From Octopus vulgaris (taxonomy: Eukaryota): a stretch of DNA of 64,000 nucleotides. The notes under the pieces are model-generated. The model searched no databases, was not told the origin of the DNA, and saw only the letters and a program-made list of their open reading frames with translations. This document shows positions 37,014-50,425 of the stretch, one piece after another. Position 1 is the stretch's first letter, and each line of letters opens with the position of its first letter. Both the position numbers and the translations under genes were made by a program. The stretch lies in contig OX597815.1 in NCBI GenBank assembly GCA_951406725.2, positions 182,032,001 to 182,096,000 of the forward strand. Reading direction: 5' to 3'.

Positions 37014-37324
37014 CAGGTCACTGCCTAGAATCGAACTACGCCATATGCCCGTGGGGATATGGTGCAGTGTTTAAGAGCGTGGGCTACTAGCCCCAAGATT
37101 CCAAGTTCGATTCCAAGCAGTGACCTGAATAATAATAATAATAATAAGAAGAAGAAGAAGAAGAAGAAGAATAACAACAACGTCGAAAAATACCTTAGGA
37201 ATGAGAACCCATGTTCGAAATTTCCCCAAAACACCTGATGAAGGCTGGAGGTTATATCAGCCGAAACGTTGTGTTAGCAACAAACAAGATGAGGACAAAT
37301 ATCCGCCAAATGTAAATAATGTAA
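36745..37324. mobile_element. Family E inverted pair inserted into the mariner remnant
   Basis: Minus arm with tail 36745-37050; plus arm from the tRNA head 37053-37324; TSD tcgaa(g/a)gaact at 36734-36744 and 37325-37335. Confidence 0.85.
37230..37275 (+). ncRNA. Minimal type I hammerhead of family E (best-preserved copy)
   Basis: aacac-CTGATGA-a GGCTG gaggttatat CAGCC-GAAAC-GTT-gtgtt; loopless palindromic stem III (AACGTT). Mirror copy at 36831-36876 on -. Confidence 0.8.
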
Positions 37325-37929
37325 TCGAAAGAACTGTTTCATTTGCGATAATTTTAATTAAATTGTATGTAAATCAACAAAATTGATTTTTAAAACATTT
37401 AACTTATTTTGGAGCCATCTTCGTGTGTGTGTGTATGTGTGTGAAGAAATAATTTTCGTTTATTTTTATGGAAACGAAAAATATATGTAAAACGGCAAAA
37501 AAAAAGTGCAGAAGTGAAACTGAGACAAAAATCATTGATTTGAGAACAAACATCAAATTAAGGCCAATGACTTTATATAACCCCACACTTTTATACGTCA
37601 TACACAAATAATACCATGGCCTACAACATTTGACAGAAATACATATATAAACACCGAAGGTAAAAAAAAAACTTATAAAAACACCAAAATATATAAAAGG
37701 ACCTGTTCGGAAAAATGTATATAAAAATCGACTAAAATACATGATTAAAATGAATTATTAAAATATATCAATCGACTGAAAAATATTTACCCATTGATTG
37801 AAAACATATCCTTTCAGCTTTATTCAAGGTGTTACCACTACAAGTCGTTGCCGCCGACTGAAGAATTAGGATTTTGATAGTTTCATTCTTTCCATCTCTG
37901 TATCTTGAAAAAGAGAGAAAATATTCGCT

Positions 37930-38352
37930 TTTTTCTTTTACTCTTTTACTTGTTTCAGTCATTTGACTGTGGCCGTGCTGGAGCACCGCCTTTTAGTCAA
38001 GCAAATCGACCCCAGGACTTATTCTTTGTAAACCTAGTACTTATTCTATTCTGTCTCTTTTGCCGAACTGCTAGGTTACGGGGACGTAAATACACCGTCA
38101 TCGGTTGACAAGTGATGGTGGGGGGACAAACTCAGACGCACAAACATACACACACACATACATATATATGTATACATATATACAACGGGCTTCTTTAAGT
38201 TTCCATCTACCAAATCCACTCACAAGGCTTTAAGGCTTTGGTTGGCTGAGGCTATAGTAGAAGACATGCACCCAAGGTGCCACACAGTGGGACTGAACCC
38301 GGAACCATGTGTTTGGTAAGCAAGCTACTTACCACACAGCCACACCTGCACC
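37930..38352 (-). mobile_element. Full-length SINE family A
   Basis: Matches the other family A copies. Confidence 0.85.
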
Positions 38353-41099
38353 TGGTGAAATATCTGAGAGAAGACATCATCTGAAAAAAGAAATCAGAAC
38401 AGAAATGTAATATGTCTTTAACCTTTAGAATTTAAAGTGACCAAACCTGTCTGTTTTCTGTTCACACCAGCTAGATCTGGCCTCTCACACTTACCCTACA
38501 ATACAATTCTAAAAATATACAATCACATCGTTGAAATCTCAAAGCTACGAGATAATTCATGATTAATTCAAAACAATGTGAATAAATAAGCATTACATTT
38601 GACAGACTAATTTGAATGCTGAAATGGTTAAAGTGTTAAATTGAATACACGATCGTTAGCATTCATCAACCTTCATGAACTAAAATATATCAGAGGAAAA
38701 AAAAATTTAAGGTATCACAGAAGAAAAATCCCATTAAAAGAACAAAACGAATATAAATTTCAAACAAAGCGAAGCTAAATGAAAAATAAATTAAAACTGA
38801 GGATATTAAAACTAATGAGGACTAAACTTTTGCCGAATTCCTTTTAAATTTTAAAATTTTTGTTTGTTTTTTTTTAACTGTTTTTGCCTTTTAGTTTTGT
38901 TTTTTTTTAATGTTTTTGCCTTTTAGTTGCTTAATCTCTTTTTCCTATCAAGTAAAAGGCTATATTTATTCAACGGCCAGTGTTACAATATGTAAATACC
39001 TACAGACAACTGCTTTCCTCTAATTTTACCTAGAAGCAGTAAGTTGATACATTTGATAAATGATCTTTTATTTCTTAATCATGCACTCCAACTTTCTTCC
39101 AGCAGTACAAATGCTATTTGCTTTAAGCTCTGAAATCAATACTTGCATTATTGATGATGTTTTTAGAAGTTGCTATTAGTTGTTTAGCAATCTAATTAGC
39201 TGCAGCTATCATCCATCAAGTGCAAGCGAAATTCAATTAACATTACTGGGAACAAGGGGAAAAGTTGTTTTAATTTTATATTCTATTATATTGAGATAAA
39301 ATTCACTTGTATTTCCATTAATTACAAAATATATGTTATCCAAATCTTATAATATTTCAACGTGTCGGATATATGCTTATCATTATGGATCGTCACTAGA
39401 ATACTTCCGATGGTGCCTAAATATGAGTTAGTGGTGTCTTGTTTTTCATAGCTAATAATAGTAGTGCTAATGGACGTTTATATTCATAGATACATTGATA
39501 TCATTTACATACATTAATATCATTTACACATCAATCCATTCTCAGCTAAAAAGTTGCTTAAAGATTGTTCCAATTCGAAAAATTTTTTAAACCTGGGGAA
39601 ACTAAAAAATTAACACCATATATTAGAATTAAACTAAATTACTTAAAGTCAATTTCAAATTACTCATGATTAGTATTGTGATTAGTATACACATGATTAG
39701 AATTGTGTGAATCATAATTAACTGTAGCCTTCTTGGATGACTTCCCATTAGACTTCAGTAATTCTACTAAAAGTTGTAAAACTAGAGGGTAGCATTCCTA
39801 TTATTTGATGCATACTAAAATAGATTGTTTTAAAGTTAGCAATTTCCGTATTCGACACTATTTTCATTATGCACAATATATTTTCCAGCTAACATACTTT
39901 GGTGACCTCTAGTGTTAATGTTTTGAGTCTAATATTAGAGGTTATGCATAAAAAAAAAATTACATTAAAATATATGAAATAGACAAAAGAAAACTCTCAA
40001 GCTTTCAGCAGAATTTTTTCATTAGAATATATCAAATCAGCTCCTGAATCGATTTTGCTCTCTAAAATTAGCATCGCAATAGCATTGTATTCGTAGGCTG
40101 CACAGTGAATTACTTGCAAAGATAAGAAAAACTTAAAGGTAAAATAATTGATAGCTAATTTGTGACACCAGCTAATTGCCAAAAAGCCCAAAGTAATTTC
40201 CCATAGGAAATATCTAAGGGAATCCTTGAAATGCTTCCATTGAAAGTTTATGAAGCATGTTCTCTGTCGTTTGGTATCTTGTTCTTGTAATTTATAATTA
40301 ATACCATGTTCTTCTGCAAGAAGATACATATATGCACAAAAATGAAGGAAAACACTTTCATACAATCTAGATTTAGGCTTTGTAATAATAGAGAAAATTA
40401 ATTAAGTACAGTGGTATGTAATTAATGAGTTTGGTTAATGAAGTTGACATGATGAGAACTAGTCATAAGTTTCGCTGTACATTGACCTATACAACTGAAA
40501 CAAATATTGTATATATTTCGGTAGAATTCTTTAGATTGATGTGAATTCATTACTTTATGCTTTTCAAACAATTTAATTATCAGACTTTTTGTTTATAGTT
40601 TCAGATGTTATTTAATGGCTGATTTGAAGGTACCTTAATTAGACATTGTTCTTCCTTTGTTTTTGGCAAATACCAATTTCCTTCATTGTTGAGGGCAACA
40701 TAGCTGGAGTCTTAATTTATGACTTAAATAAAAGGCCTAAGTTGGTATGAGTAGTAATTGTAGTAGCGGTAGTAGTGGTGGTGGTGGTGGTTGAGTGCTT
40801 TGTAGTATTTAGTTTTCTAATCAGAATTCAAATCCGTTTTGAAGTCAGCCATGAATTTCAGCCCCACCATCTGATCTGGATTGCTGTTATTGTTTAGCCC
40901 CAGGTAAGTATGATCAAGCAGACTAGATTTCGACTAATTTGGATACAGTGAAGTTGAAAATCAGATTCGTTTTTGCCAGAAACATCAATATTTCATTCAG
41001 TACTATAGCTCTAGTTTTAATCACCAGTCTTAAGAATCAAGTTAATTCATTCCTATTGCATTTCAATTATTGTGGCATTAATTTTATTTTTCATGCTGG

Positions 41100-41370
41100 G
41101 GTTATGTAAAAGACACCTGCAGCATCACCATATAGGCACCACCTGTGCCAGTGCCACATGTTAACTACCTCATGTAAATAGTGCCCATGCTGGTGCCATG
41201 TAAAAGACATCCAGCAAACTGTGCAAAGTAGCAGGAATTAGGAATGGCATCCAGCCACAGAAACCATCCGAAAACAGGCAGTTGGAGGCTGGTGTAGCCC
41301 TGCAGATTGCCAGTTCTTGTCAAGCTGTCCAACCCATGCCAGCATGGGAAACAGACATTAAAGGATGATT
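41100..41370 (+). mobile_element. Older RTE 3'UTR (family C) copy
   Basis: ggcatccagcc..agaaa and ccaacccatgccagcatgg motifs. Confidence 0.65.
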
Positions 41371-41591
41371 TTCCTTTATTTTCAGTCTTCAGCTTCAACC
41401 ATTCTGGCACAGAATTAACATTGGCATAAGTTCCATTCAGCATTCAACTGGGGCATGGTTTACTGGTGGTATCCATTTCCTCAGAATGTAGTTGTCTTTT
41501 GCTTCCGTATCATGGGGATTACATGATTACTGTCAGCAATAGGTTTCCTTAATCTGTGAAGGAATTGGTAATGACCTGATTACAATGATAA

Positions 41592-42225
41592 TCTCTCTAT
41601 ATATAAACGGCAAAATGTCTGTGTGCGTGTGTGTGTGTATCCTTTATGCAAATCCACAATTTTTCAGTTAGAGGGCTCGCACTGTCTATGGTCATTCAAA
41701 ACCGTCCAAGGGTGGTCGTGCACATCTTTACATTTCCCCAGTCACCCCACAAAGCCCTATCCAAAACCCAATCAAAACGCCCGAAACTTGATACGCCAAT
41801 TGAATGCCAGCTAGCTGTATGTGATTGATCGGAGATTTGGACATTACTCGCGTGTATGTGCACATGCATGCAGCTGTATATGCATGCAGTTGCACTATGA
41901 CCTGGCGTTGCTGGGTCATAGTGTTAGTGTTTATTAAATTGCAATGCTTTAGGTCTATTCTTTGGTACATTTTAGGATGCCGATTCCAAATATAACATTG
42001 GTTTCACAAATCAGAACGGGTTTTGGAGACACAACATAACACTTTATCTACCACAGTATCCACTTGTGCATTGAAATCAGGGATCGCAATTCGTACATAA
42101 CATTTTCTTGCATGAGACGTTAAGCTTATATTTTTGCACATATAAGGCACCAGTTTCAAGAAATTGAATCAGTATTGATGCTGGTTTAAATCAAGCAATG
42201 GTTTGTGGCTAGCGTAGCCATTAGT
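41592..42225 (+). mobile_element. Non-autonomous Helitron-like element
   Basis: 5' A|TCtctctatatataaa followed by (TG)n; the 3' end is uncertain. Confidence 0.45.
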
Positions 42226-42691
42226 ATTCCTGATGAACTGGCATAAGTACTTCTGTAAATTAATTCAATTTAAATTAAGTTTAATTAATTATGTATCTTA
42301 AATATGTAATTAAAGAAAACTTCTGTATACTTCAAACGAAGCAGCTGTTGAATGTAATTAGAAAATTATCTATCTGTGAAATTTATGCTATTCAGTCTCT
42401 AATTATAAAAATACTTTGCTTTTATAAATTGTTTCAACCATTTAAGTGTGTGTATATATATATATAGATATATGCAAGATTCTTTCACTGGTTCTCCTGC
42501 AATGTTATAGCATTTCAAAGTTTAGTGACCTATGACTAACTGCACTCTTAATTACCATGGATGTATACAAATTTTGTTGTTTCCTGCACAAGCACTTTTA
42601 GATGTATATATGTATGTATACATATAATATTGACGAAGCATAGATTCCAGGACAGGTGAATAAAATATAAGTGAGTAACAAAGAGGTATAA

Positions 42692-42947
42692 GTATCAATT
42701 CATTACGGTCATTTCTAATGACTCGTTTAATTGATTAATGAGAACATTACGTCATTGCAAAGAAACTGTTTTCGTCAGATGAATTCATGATCTTCAAACA
42801 TAAAGAACAGCTCAACTTATTCAACATAGTTAACAATTCCATGGAGTAAAACTATTTTCATTGATCCTGCTACCATCTTTGTAACGATGTAGTTTTCTCA
42901 TTAATCAATTAAAGGAGTCATTGGAAACGGCCATAATGAATTGACAC
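42692..42947. mobile_element. Inverted-repeat element with a degenerate hammerhead on - (42697-42785)
   Basis: Arms 42692-42763 and 42876-42947; aattcat-CTGACGA...GAAAT-GACC-GTA-atgaatt. Confidence 0.55.
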
Positions 42948-43080
42948 CTGTACCGCTTTGCTACTCATATATATATATATATATATATGCATACATACAC
43001 ACACACACACATATATATATATGTATATATTTAGGGAAAGAAATTTACCATGGAAGACTCATAATAGGATAACAGTATAC

Positions 43081-43111
<31 letters not shown>

Positions 43112-43116
<5 letters not shown>

Positions 43117-43788
43117 TCATCATCATCATCATCATCGTTTAACGTCCGCTTTCCATGCTAGCATGGGTTAGACGGTTCAACTGGGGTCTGGCAAGCCCGA
43201 AGGCTGCACCAGGCCAGTCAGATCTGGCAGTGTTTCTACAGCTGGATGCCCTTCCTAACGCCAACCACTCCGAGAGTGTAGTGGGTGATTTTATGTGCCA
43301 CCGACACAGGTGCCAGACGAGGCTGGCAGACGGCCACGCTCGGATGGTGTTTTTTATGTGCCACCGACACAGGTGCCAGACGAGGCTGGCTGACGGCCAC
43401 GCTCGGATGGTGTTTTCTTATGTGTCACCGACACAGGTGCCAGACGAGGCTGGCGGACGGCCACGCTCGGATGGTGTTTGTTACGTGCCCTCAGCACGGA
43501 GGCCAGTCGTTGCGGTACTGGCTACGGTCACGTTCGGGTGGTTTTCTTATGTGCCACCGGCACTGGTACCACAAGGGTACAAATTCCATTGATGTACATC
43601 TATTTTGATTTGGTTCGATTTGATTTGATTTGATTCGATTCTCACTTGCCTCAACAGGTCTTCACAAGTGTCACAAGAAGGAAGGTATGCACAGGTGGAC
43701 TGACTACGTCCCAGGTAGGGGCCACGGATTATGGCTTCACTAGTCTTGCCGGGTCTTCTCACGCACAGCATACTTCCATAGGTCTCGG

Positions 43789-43790
<2 letters not shown>
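43112..43790 (-). mobile_element. RTE LINE 3' end: ORF terminus plus family C 3'UTR
   Basis: DRDLWKYAVREKTRQD*, then (AATCA)n, about 61-bp tandem units, the conserved core and (GAT)n. Confidence 0.8.
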
Positions 43791-43820
<30 letters not shown>

Positions 43821-44796
43821 AGTGTATATATGTGTGTGTGTATATAATTCAATATATTTGTGTATATATGTATGCATATATGAGTTTACGTCTATGCAGA
43901 TGAGTATGTAATGGTTCAGAAAGCAAGTATTTCTAGTACAGCACCCGACCTAATCTCCTTCCTAAAGCTGAGTCTCATCTTCAATGGCCACTTCCAGTTG
44001 TTTCTGATCGTTAAAGATGTGCTGATTCTTTCTTAGCCTTTTTTTTTATTAGGATTATATGTTTCACTAGAGTTTTCATAGAGATGCTTGAAAGAGAAAG
44101 TTTACCATACAAAACTGGCACCAGTTAACAACATGAGAACAGCCTTGAACAAGACTATGCACAAAAATAGAAAGAAATGTTTTTTTGATGTTTATGATCC
44201 CATTACTTCATGTTATCAACAATGACTGAACCAGAACAGTCGTCAGTGTGAAAACAGGAGTTCATAAAAATATTAAATTTTATGCGCAGTCTCTATCAAA
44301 GTTTGAACTTGAAATGAACATTTAATATGTGCATGCATTTTTGAAACACCTTATACACACACACACACACATACACACGCACATATGCACATGCATATCT
44401 ATAATTATTTTTTGGAATAAGGAATCTGGAAGTACATTATAGCTTTATATGTGCACTTTGAGATCCACTATTCCCCCCAAAAAGGAATTATTTCAGATTC
44501 TCTTGAAAGATTATAATAAAATTCTTATGATGTCAACAATATGTGCATACGCGCACATGTGCATTATCTGCTAGTCTCCATTTGGTATTGGGATATGCAA
44601 ATATTATCAAGGCAAAGTGGTAGTGACTGTTTTTTTTTTCCTTTATATATTTCACCTGATGTTTTATCACTGCAAACCATTTTCTCTTTTGTAATTTGCT
44701 GGTCTCTGGTAAATATCGTTTTTATTTTGGAATTTAGGAATATTCTTGTAACATGTATGTTGTATGGTCTTGAGTAAAGTTCTCAAGCAGTATATT

Positions 44797-44905
44797 CAAG
44801 GGTATATCAGCCGAAATGTTATGTTAACACCAAACAAGATGAGGACAAATATCCGTCAAATGTAAATAATGTACATAATTCCTCATCTCTTAAATATAGA
44901 ACTGT
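44797..44905 (+). mobile_element. Family E 3' fragment
   Basis: agggtatatcagccgaaatgtt...aaatatagaactg. Confidence 0.75.
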
Positions 44906-45505
44906 ATTACATTAGAGCTGTTTCTAATTCAATATTTACTATGTATATATGTATATAAATGTATACACACACACACACACACACACACATACATGCATAT
45001 ATATATACACACACACACACACATATATATGCGTATACACACACACACACATGCACACGCACAATGTGTATGTGTGTGTGCAGTTATAGGATGGAAATGT
45101 ATTTATCCACGTAGTTAATTAAGTATTCTGGAAATACAAAAATCGGTAAACAAAGTATAATGTGGGAATGACTGTTGGGTAAATAAATGGTTAGAAATTT
45201 GTGGAAGAGAATCACCAGGAAAATACTGAATGACCTGGGGAAGGCTGATGCTTGAACACTGAGCCTTTATGCATGAAACTAGAATTGACTGCTGGAGAAG
45301 ACCTGTCCAACCCCTGCATGCATAGAAAAATGGGTGTGAAATAATGATGCCCATCATGCAGAATAAATCTAATGAGAGACGAAGCTAATGAAGCATAAAA
45401 ATCAGCTGGCATCTGGCCCAACATGTGTGCAGATAACATAGTTTCTAACTTTAAATTTTTAATTTTTGATAGCTTGTAGTCAATTTATATTGTCTTTTAA
45501 AGCAA

Positions 45506-45507
<2 letters not shown>

Positions 45508-45582
<75 letters not shown>

Positions 45583-46065
45583 ATCATCGTTAAATGTATG
45601 TTTTCTATGCTGGCATGGGTTGGACGGTTTGACTGGGGGCTGGCAAGCCAAGAGGTCACACCAGGCTCCAGTCTGCTCTGGCAAGGTTTCTACAGCTGGA
45701 TACCCTTCTTAATGCCAACCACTCTGAGAGTGTAATGGGTGCTTTTTATGTGCTACTGGCACAGGAGCCAGTCAGGCAGCACTGGCATTGGCCATGTTCA
45801 GATGGTGTTTTTTGCATGCTACTGGCACAGGAGCCAATCAGGGCAGGTGTGTGTGTGTGTGTGGGGGGGGGGGCATTGACCACGTTCAGATGGTACTTTT
45901 TATGTGCCACTGGCTTGGGGACCAATCAAGCAGCACTGGCGTTGGCCATGTTTGGATGGTGCTTTTTACATGCTACTGGCACAGGAGCCAGTCGGGCCAT
46001 GTTGTGGGGCTGGCATTGACCACATTCGGATGGTGCTTTTTATGTGCTACCGGCACGGGGAGCCA
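45508..46065 (-). mobile_element. RTE 3'UTR (family C variant)
   Basis: Long (CAT)n, core and four tandem units. Confidence 0.75.
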
Positions 46066-47604
46066 GTTATGAAATAATTTCAAATTTTGTTACAAGGCCA
46101 GAACTTTCAGATGAAAGGGAAAGTAGATCTCAGCAGAACTTGAATTCAGAATGTAAAAACAGACAAAATACTGCTAAGCACTCAACCTGGCTTGCTAGCA
46201 ACACTTCCAGCCACCTTACCAGTTATGAAATATTAAGAAATGATGATGATTTCTTTATCAATAATGATTATAAATCCAATATTATTAACTTCATTTGTAT
46301 CACATTAAAGATTATCTAAGTTAGATAAATAAATAATCAACTAAACTTGTTATCAAGAAATATTGTCTTTCCTATTTCATTATTTTTCTTTCGTCCCAAA
46401 TAAATATCAATTCAATAACATTTAGAAAGTTATATTAGTTTCCTCTGCAGGAAATTTATCTAATTTCATTTAAATATTATAGTTTATTTTACAAAATTAT
46501 TTACTCTACATCTATAATATTTGTCAGAAATATCTATTTTATTAAAGGAACAGCTATTTATATAATTTCAAAGTATTTTACAATTTAGTTGAATATTTAA
46601 TTTATCACAGATGGGAAACATCATCATGTTCATAATCGATGTTATTGTTAAATTTTCAGTTATTGATTTTCTTTGATACCGTTCCATTCCATTCCAGTTA
46701 TTTGTAATAATTTATTAAAGAGTTTTCTGAAAAATTAAACGATCTTTCCTTTCCTTCCAAATATTCTTCTTCCTGTGTACATTTAAAATTCTACTTTACA
46801 ACATCATTAATTTTAATTAATGTTTACAAGAGGAATGCTTCATATTAGTTAACTATTCCCTGTGTTGTTCAAGGCCTTCGATGTTATTTCCATAAAGCTA
46901 AGGCTTTACATTCAACAAATACATTTCCTACATAATCAATCTTGCTGAGAACCGTTTTCTTCATGTATTGGCATGATTGCTAACACAAATCCTTCCACAT
47001 AAATGTTATTCCTGTTATTAATATCATAAAACATCTACAATTGACAGTTTTGTCTACTTTATCACACATCTGACACTTATTGTCAGATATTTACACTTAA
47101 GACTTTTTAATATGAAAAAATATTTCATGTTTTGTAATATCACCTACTCTCAAAAGCTACGAAAAAGATACTTTCAAAATACAAGATGACAGTTTTTTTT
47201 CAATTTCACTATCTTTTATCTTGTTTCAGTCATTAGACTGTGGCCATGCTGGGGCACCGGCTTGAAGAGTTGACACAATGAGTGTCAATTCCAATTTTTC
47301 TTTTCAGACTGCTTTCAGACTCTAAGAGAAGTGGTATTGTGTTATTCCCTGTGCTGCCATGATTATAAAGAGGATATTTATTTGTATTTATTATTTGTCT
47401 ATCAGAGTGCAGACTGTTTTCAATTTTTCTGCTCTCTTTCCTCTATATTTTGCATGAGACAGCAAAATCTAGGATTTTATATCTGCTTAGAGTAAATAAT
47501 TTAAGTCTTTATTATGAGCCTGTCTGGCTTCCATACTTACATTACATTGTCAGTTTGCCCGAAGAGATGCCATAATCGTAGAATATTGATTTCAGTAATA
47601 ATAT

Positions 47605-47933
47605 TTACAGACATGTACTTGCATAGCAAGTGACCTGATCTGATATCGCCTGCTAGAACGAAAACAATTGCAGCATGGAAGGTGTTTATAAGCCATTAAA
47701 GAAACACAAAAACCATTAGATTCACTTCAACATTTAAATTTAATTTACCAAAATATTTTCATCCTTTTGAAATCGCAACCTGTTCACTGACAAAATTCTG
47801 TGCTGTGTGAAATTTTGTCAGTGAACAGGTAGTGGTCTCAAAGCATTGAAAATATTTTGGTAAATCAAATTTAAATGTCGAAGTGAATCTAACGGTTTTT
47901 TGTGTGTTTTAAATGGCTTATAAACACCTTCCA
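47605..47933. mobile_element. Family F foldback element (GUGAACA motifs at 47744-47794 on - and 47814-47864 on +)
   Basis: Homologous to the 6253 element in opposite orientation; flanked by the direct repeat taataatatt. Confidence 0.8.
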
Positions 47934-48090
47934 ATAATAATATTTTATTCCTAATATAATAACTTCAGTCTTCCTTTCTTAGTCCCCTTTCAATCTTCAT
48001 TTAAGCTTTCTCTGTAGCATCTTGCTTTATTCACATGCTACAGCGAAAGTTTAAATGACTGTGTTTTCTTATTATTGGAAAAAAATTCAA

Positions 48091-48321
48091 AGAGTTCTTT
48101 CGTCAGCTGTTTCTAGGATATCCCCGAATATAGGATACTCCCTATTTGTCTCTGATGACAGAATATCCCATACTCTAGGATATCCCAGAAACAGCTGACG
48201 AAAGAACTCTGGCCGAAATACAATTAATGTAAAAAATATAATAAAGCTGAAGCAAATGAACACCAAATATATAGTGTGTGTGTTTTTATTGGCTAAACTG
48301 GCAACATGACCATCCCCAAAT

Positions 48322-48330
<9 letters not shown>
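48091..48330. mobile_element. Small foldback element with degenerate hammerhead cores
   Basis: Arms 48091-48123 and 48178-48210; gtct-CTGATGA...GAAACAGCTG. Confidence 0.45.
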
Positions 48331-48367
<37 letters not shown>

Positions 48368-48405
48368 GAAAAAACATAACAACAAACTGACTAAAAGCAA
48401 TTGTC

Positions 48406-48447
<42 letters not shown>

Positions 48448-48579
48448 ATGGAGTTCTTCCAGTTTCTGTCTGCCAAATCCACTAAGAATGCTTTGGTTGG
48501 CCTGAAGCTATAGGTACCATGCAGTGGGACTGGACCCAGAACCATGTGGTTGGGAAGCAAGCTTCTTACCACACAGCTA

Positions 48580-48599
48580 TGTACACACACACATGCAAG

Positions 48600-48632
<33 letters not shown>

Positions 48633-48703
48633 ACGTGCACACACACGCACACACATGCACACACATACACACACATGCACACACACACACGCACACACAT
48701 GCG

Positions 48704-48760
<57 letters not shown>
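48580..48760 (+). repeat. (CA)n-rich microsatellite next to a SINE A head (48450-48578)
   Basis: Seen directly. Confidence 0.9.
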
Positions 48761-48970
48761 GTACATGCATGCATATGGAGGCTTGTCCTTTTTGCAATAC
48801 TTATATGCATGATTGATTTCAATGTTGGAATTTCTATTATTACTGTAATCTCTTGCCATGTCACGGTCCACCTATCGTGGCTTATTATTTAGGCTTACAT
48901 CAATTCCTCCTTTGCTTTGCATTTATAATCAAATAAATTTATAGAAATTATAAAAATAATTAAAAAACTA

Positions 48971-49545
48971 TAGACATGCAGGAAGTAAATAGACACCTTT
49001 AATTTTCAAAATTTCTGATCTAAGCGTTTAATATCTGTTCAGAAGTGTAGAATTTAAAATGTAATTATTCTTTTTCATTCCAGGTACCATTGTATTAAAC
49101 ATTTGCGAAGAGTAACCATGACACACACAAAAAATTCAGCAGAACTGTCAGATTTTCAAAGAGGTCGTATTTGTTGGGCAGTCTGAGGCTGGTCTTAGCC
49201 AGCGAAAAATTGCCCAAAAATCTTCAAATTTGACTTGCTACTGTTAATAGAATTATAGTGCAATTCAAAAGCCAAGGAAAAGAATCAACAGATTCTCGTC
49301 CTGGCTGACCTGAGCCCTCAGAAAGGAAACATAGATGCTTGAAGAGAATCGTGGAAAATGAACCCTGTTCAAAAGCTTCTGACATTGCAAAACAGCTAGA
49401 AGTTAGTCCAAGAACGTGTGTTACATATCTGCATAAGTCCAGGTATTATGGATGAGCAGCTAGAAGAAAACCTTTCCTTTAATCAATTAATATCAAATAA
49501 AAAATTTTGAAAATTAAAGGTGTCTATTTATTTCCTGCATATCTG
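48971..49545 (+). mobile_element. Internally deleted Tc1 element (HTH region retained)
   Basis: About 44-bp TIRs; ELSDFQRGRI...GLSQRKIA...TVNRII...AARRKPFL with stops and frameshifts. Confidence 0.85.
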
Positions 49546-50178
49546 CATACAGTACAGTACTGTTTCTACTTCATGGATTCTCACCTATCGTGGGGGGTGT
49601 TTTGGAACGTAACACACATGATAGTTGATGGATTACTGTATTACTCCTCCCTATTCACCTTGACTCAGTTAATTAAGAAGAGGAATGCAGACAATCTTAA
49701 CTTCACAGCTGTAATACCAGAATTGGTTTCACACTTTGGTGGAGGTCTACATACTTTTAGAAAAAGTGCTGCAGCGAAATGAATCAATTCTTTGTAAACT
49801 ATTGATACTTATTTTGTCTGCAGACTGCAGTTGTCTTTGCTTAAGGGAGATAAAAGGTGAGATTAACACTGGCATGATTTGAACTGAGGGGCATAAAGAA
49901 AAGACAGTTTGTTTGGCAGCTTCTGACTTTTCCCACCTTAATATTTCTAACATAGACAGAAGATTCCAGATTTGGGTGAAGCGAGGAGGTGTGAAATCAA
50001 TTTTGTAAACTCTGATGCTTGCCAATTTTATCAACTCCAAAAGGATGAAAAGCAAAATGTTCAGTTCTGATAACTATATACAGAATGGTATTTCTCCAAC
50101 TCTCTACTTTTTCTGCATGTCCATAATGTTCGGAAAGCAACCAATAGTATAATATGAATATATATATATATAGCTCTC

Positions 50179-50200
50179 TATCTATCTATCTATCTATCTC

Positions 50201-50263
<63 letters not shown>

Positions 50264-50268
50264 GTCAG

Positions 50269-50307
<39 letters not shown>
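50179..50307 (+). repeat. (TATC)n microsatellite
   Basis: Seen directly. Confidence 0.95.
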
Positions 50308-50377
50308 GTGTGTGTGAATAGAAAGCGGAAGTTATATGACAATGATTATGATGATGATGATATATATATATATATGC

Positions 50378-50425
<48 letters not shown>

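Larger units (their letters stand above)
35575..37400 (+). mobile_element. Fragmented mariner transposase remnant with nested insertions
   Basis: DDAKSGRS, KVKTM, LHHDN...FYSAGLVPVDY...KRC motifs at 35575-35810, 36290-36744 and 37325-37400. Confidence 0.7.

Noticed and set aside
37053-37127. Functional tRNA gene
   Set aside because: No proper acceptor stem, and it is always fused to the repeat body, so it is an element head.
43280-43560. Regular repeats of about 61 bp resembling a CRISPR array
   Set aside because: No unique spacers and no cas genes; they are tandem units in a eukaryotic LINE UTR.
49747-50055. 102-aa ORF (and 62964-63281)
   Set aside because: No recognisable domain or convincing splice context; possibly old LINE debris or chance.
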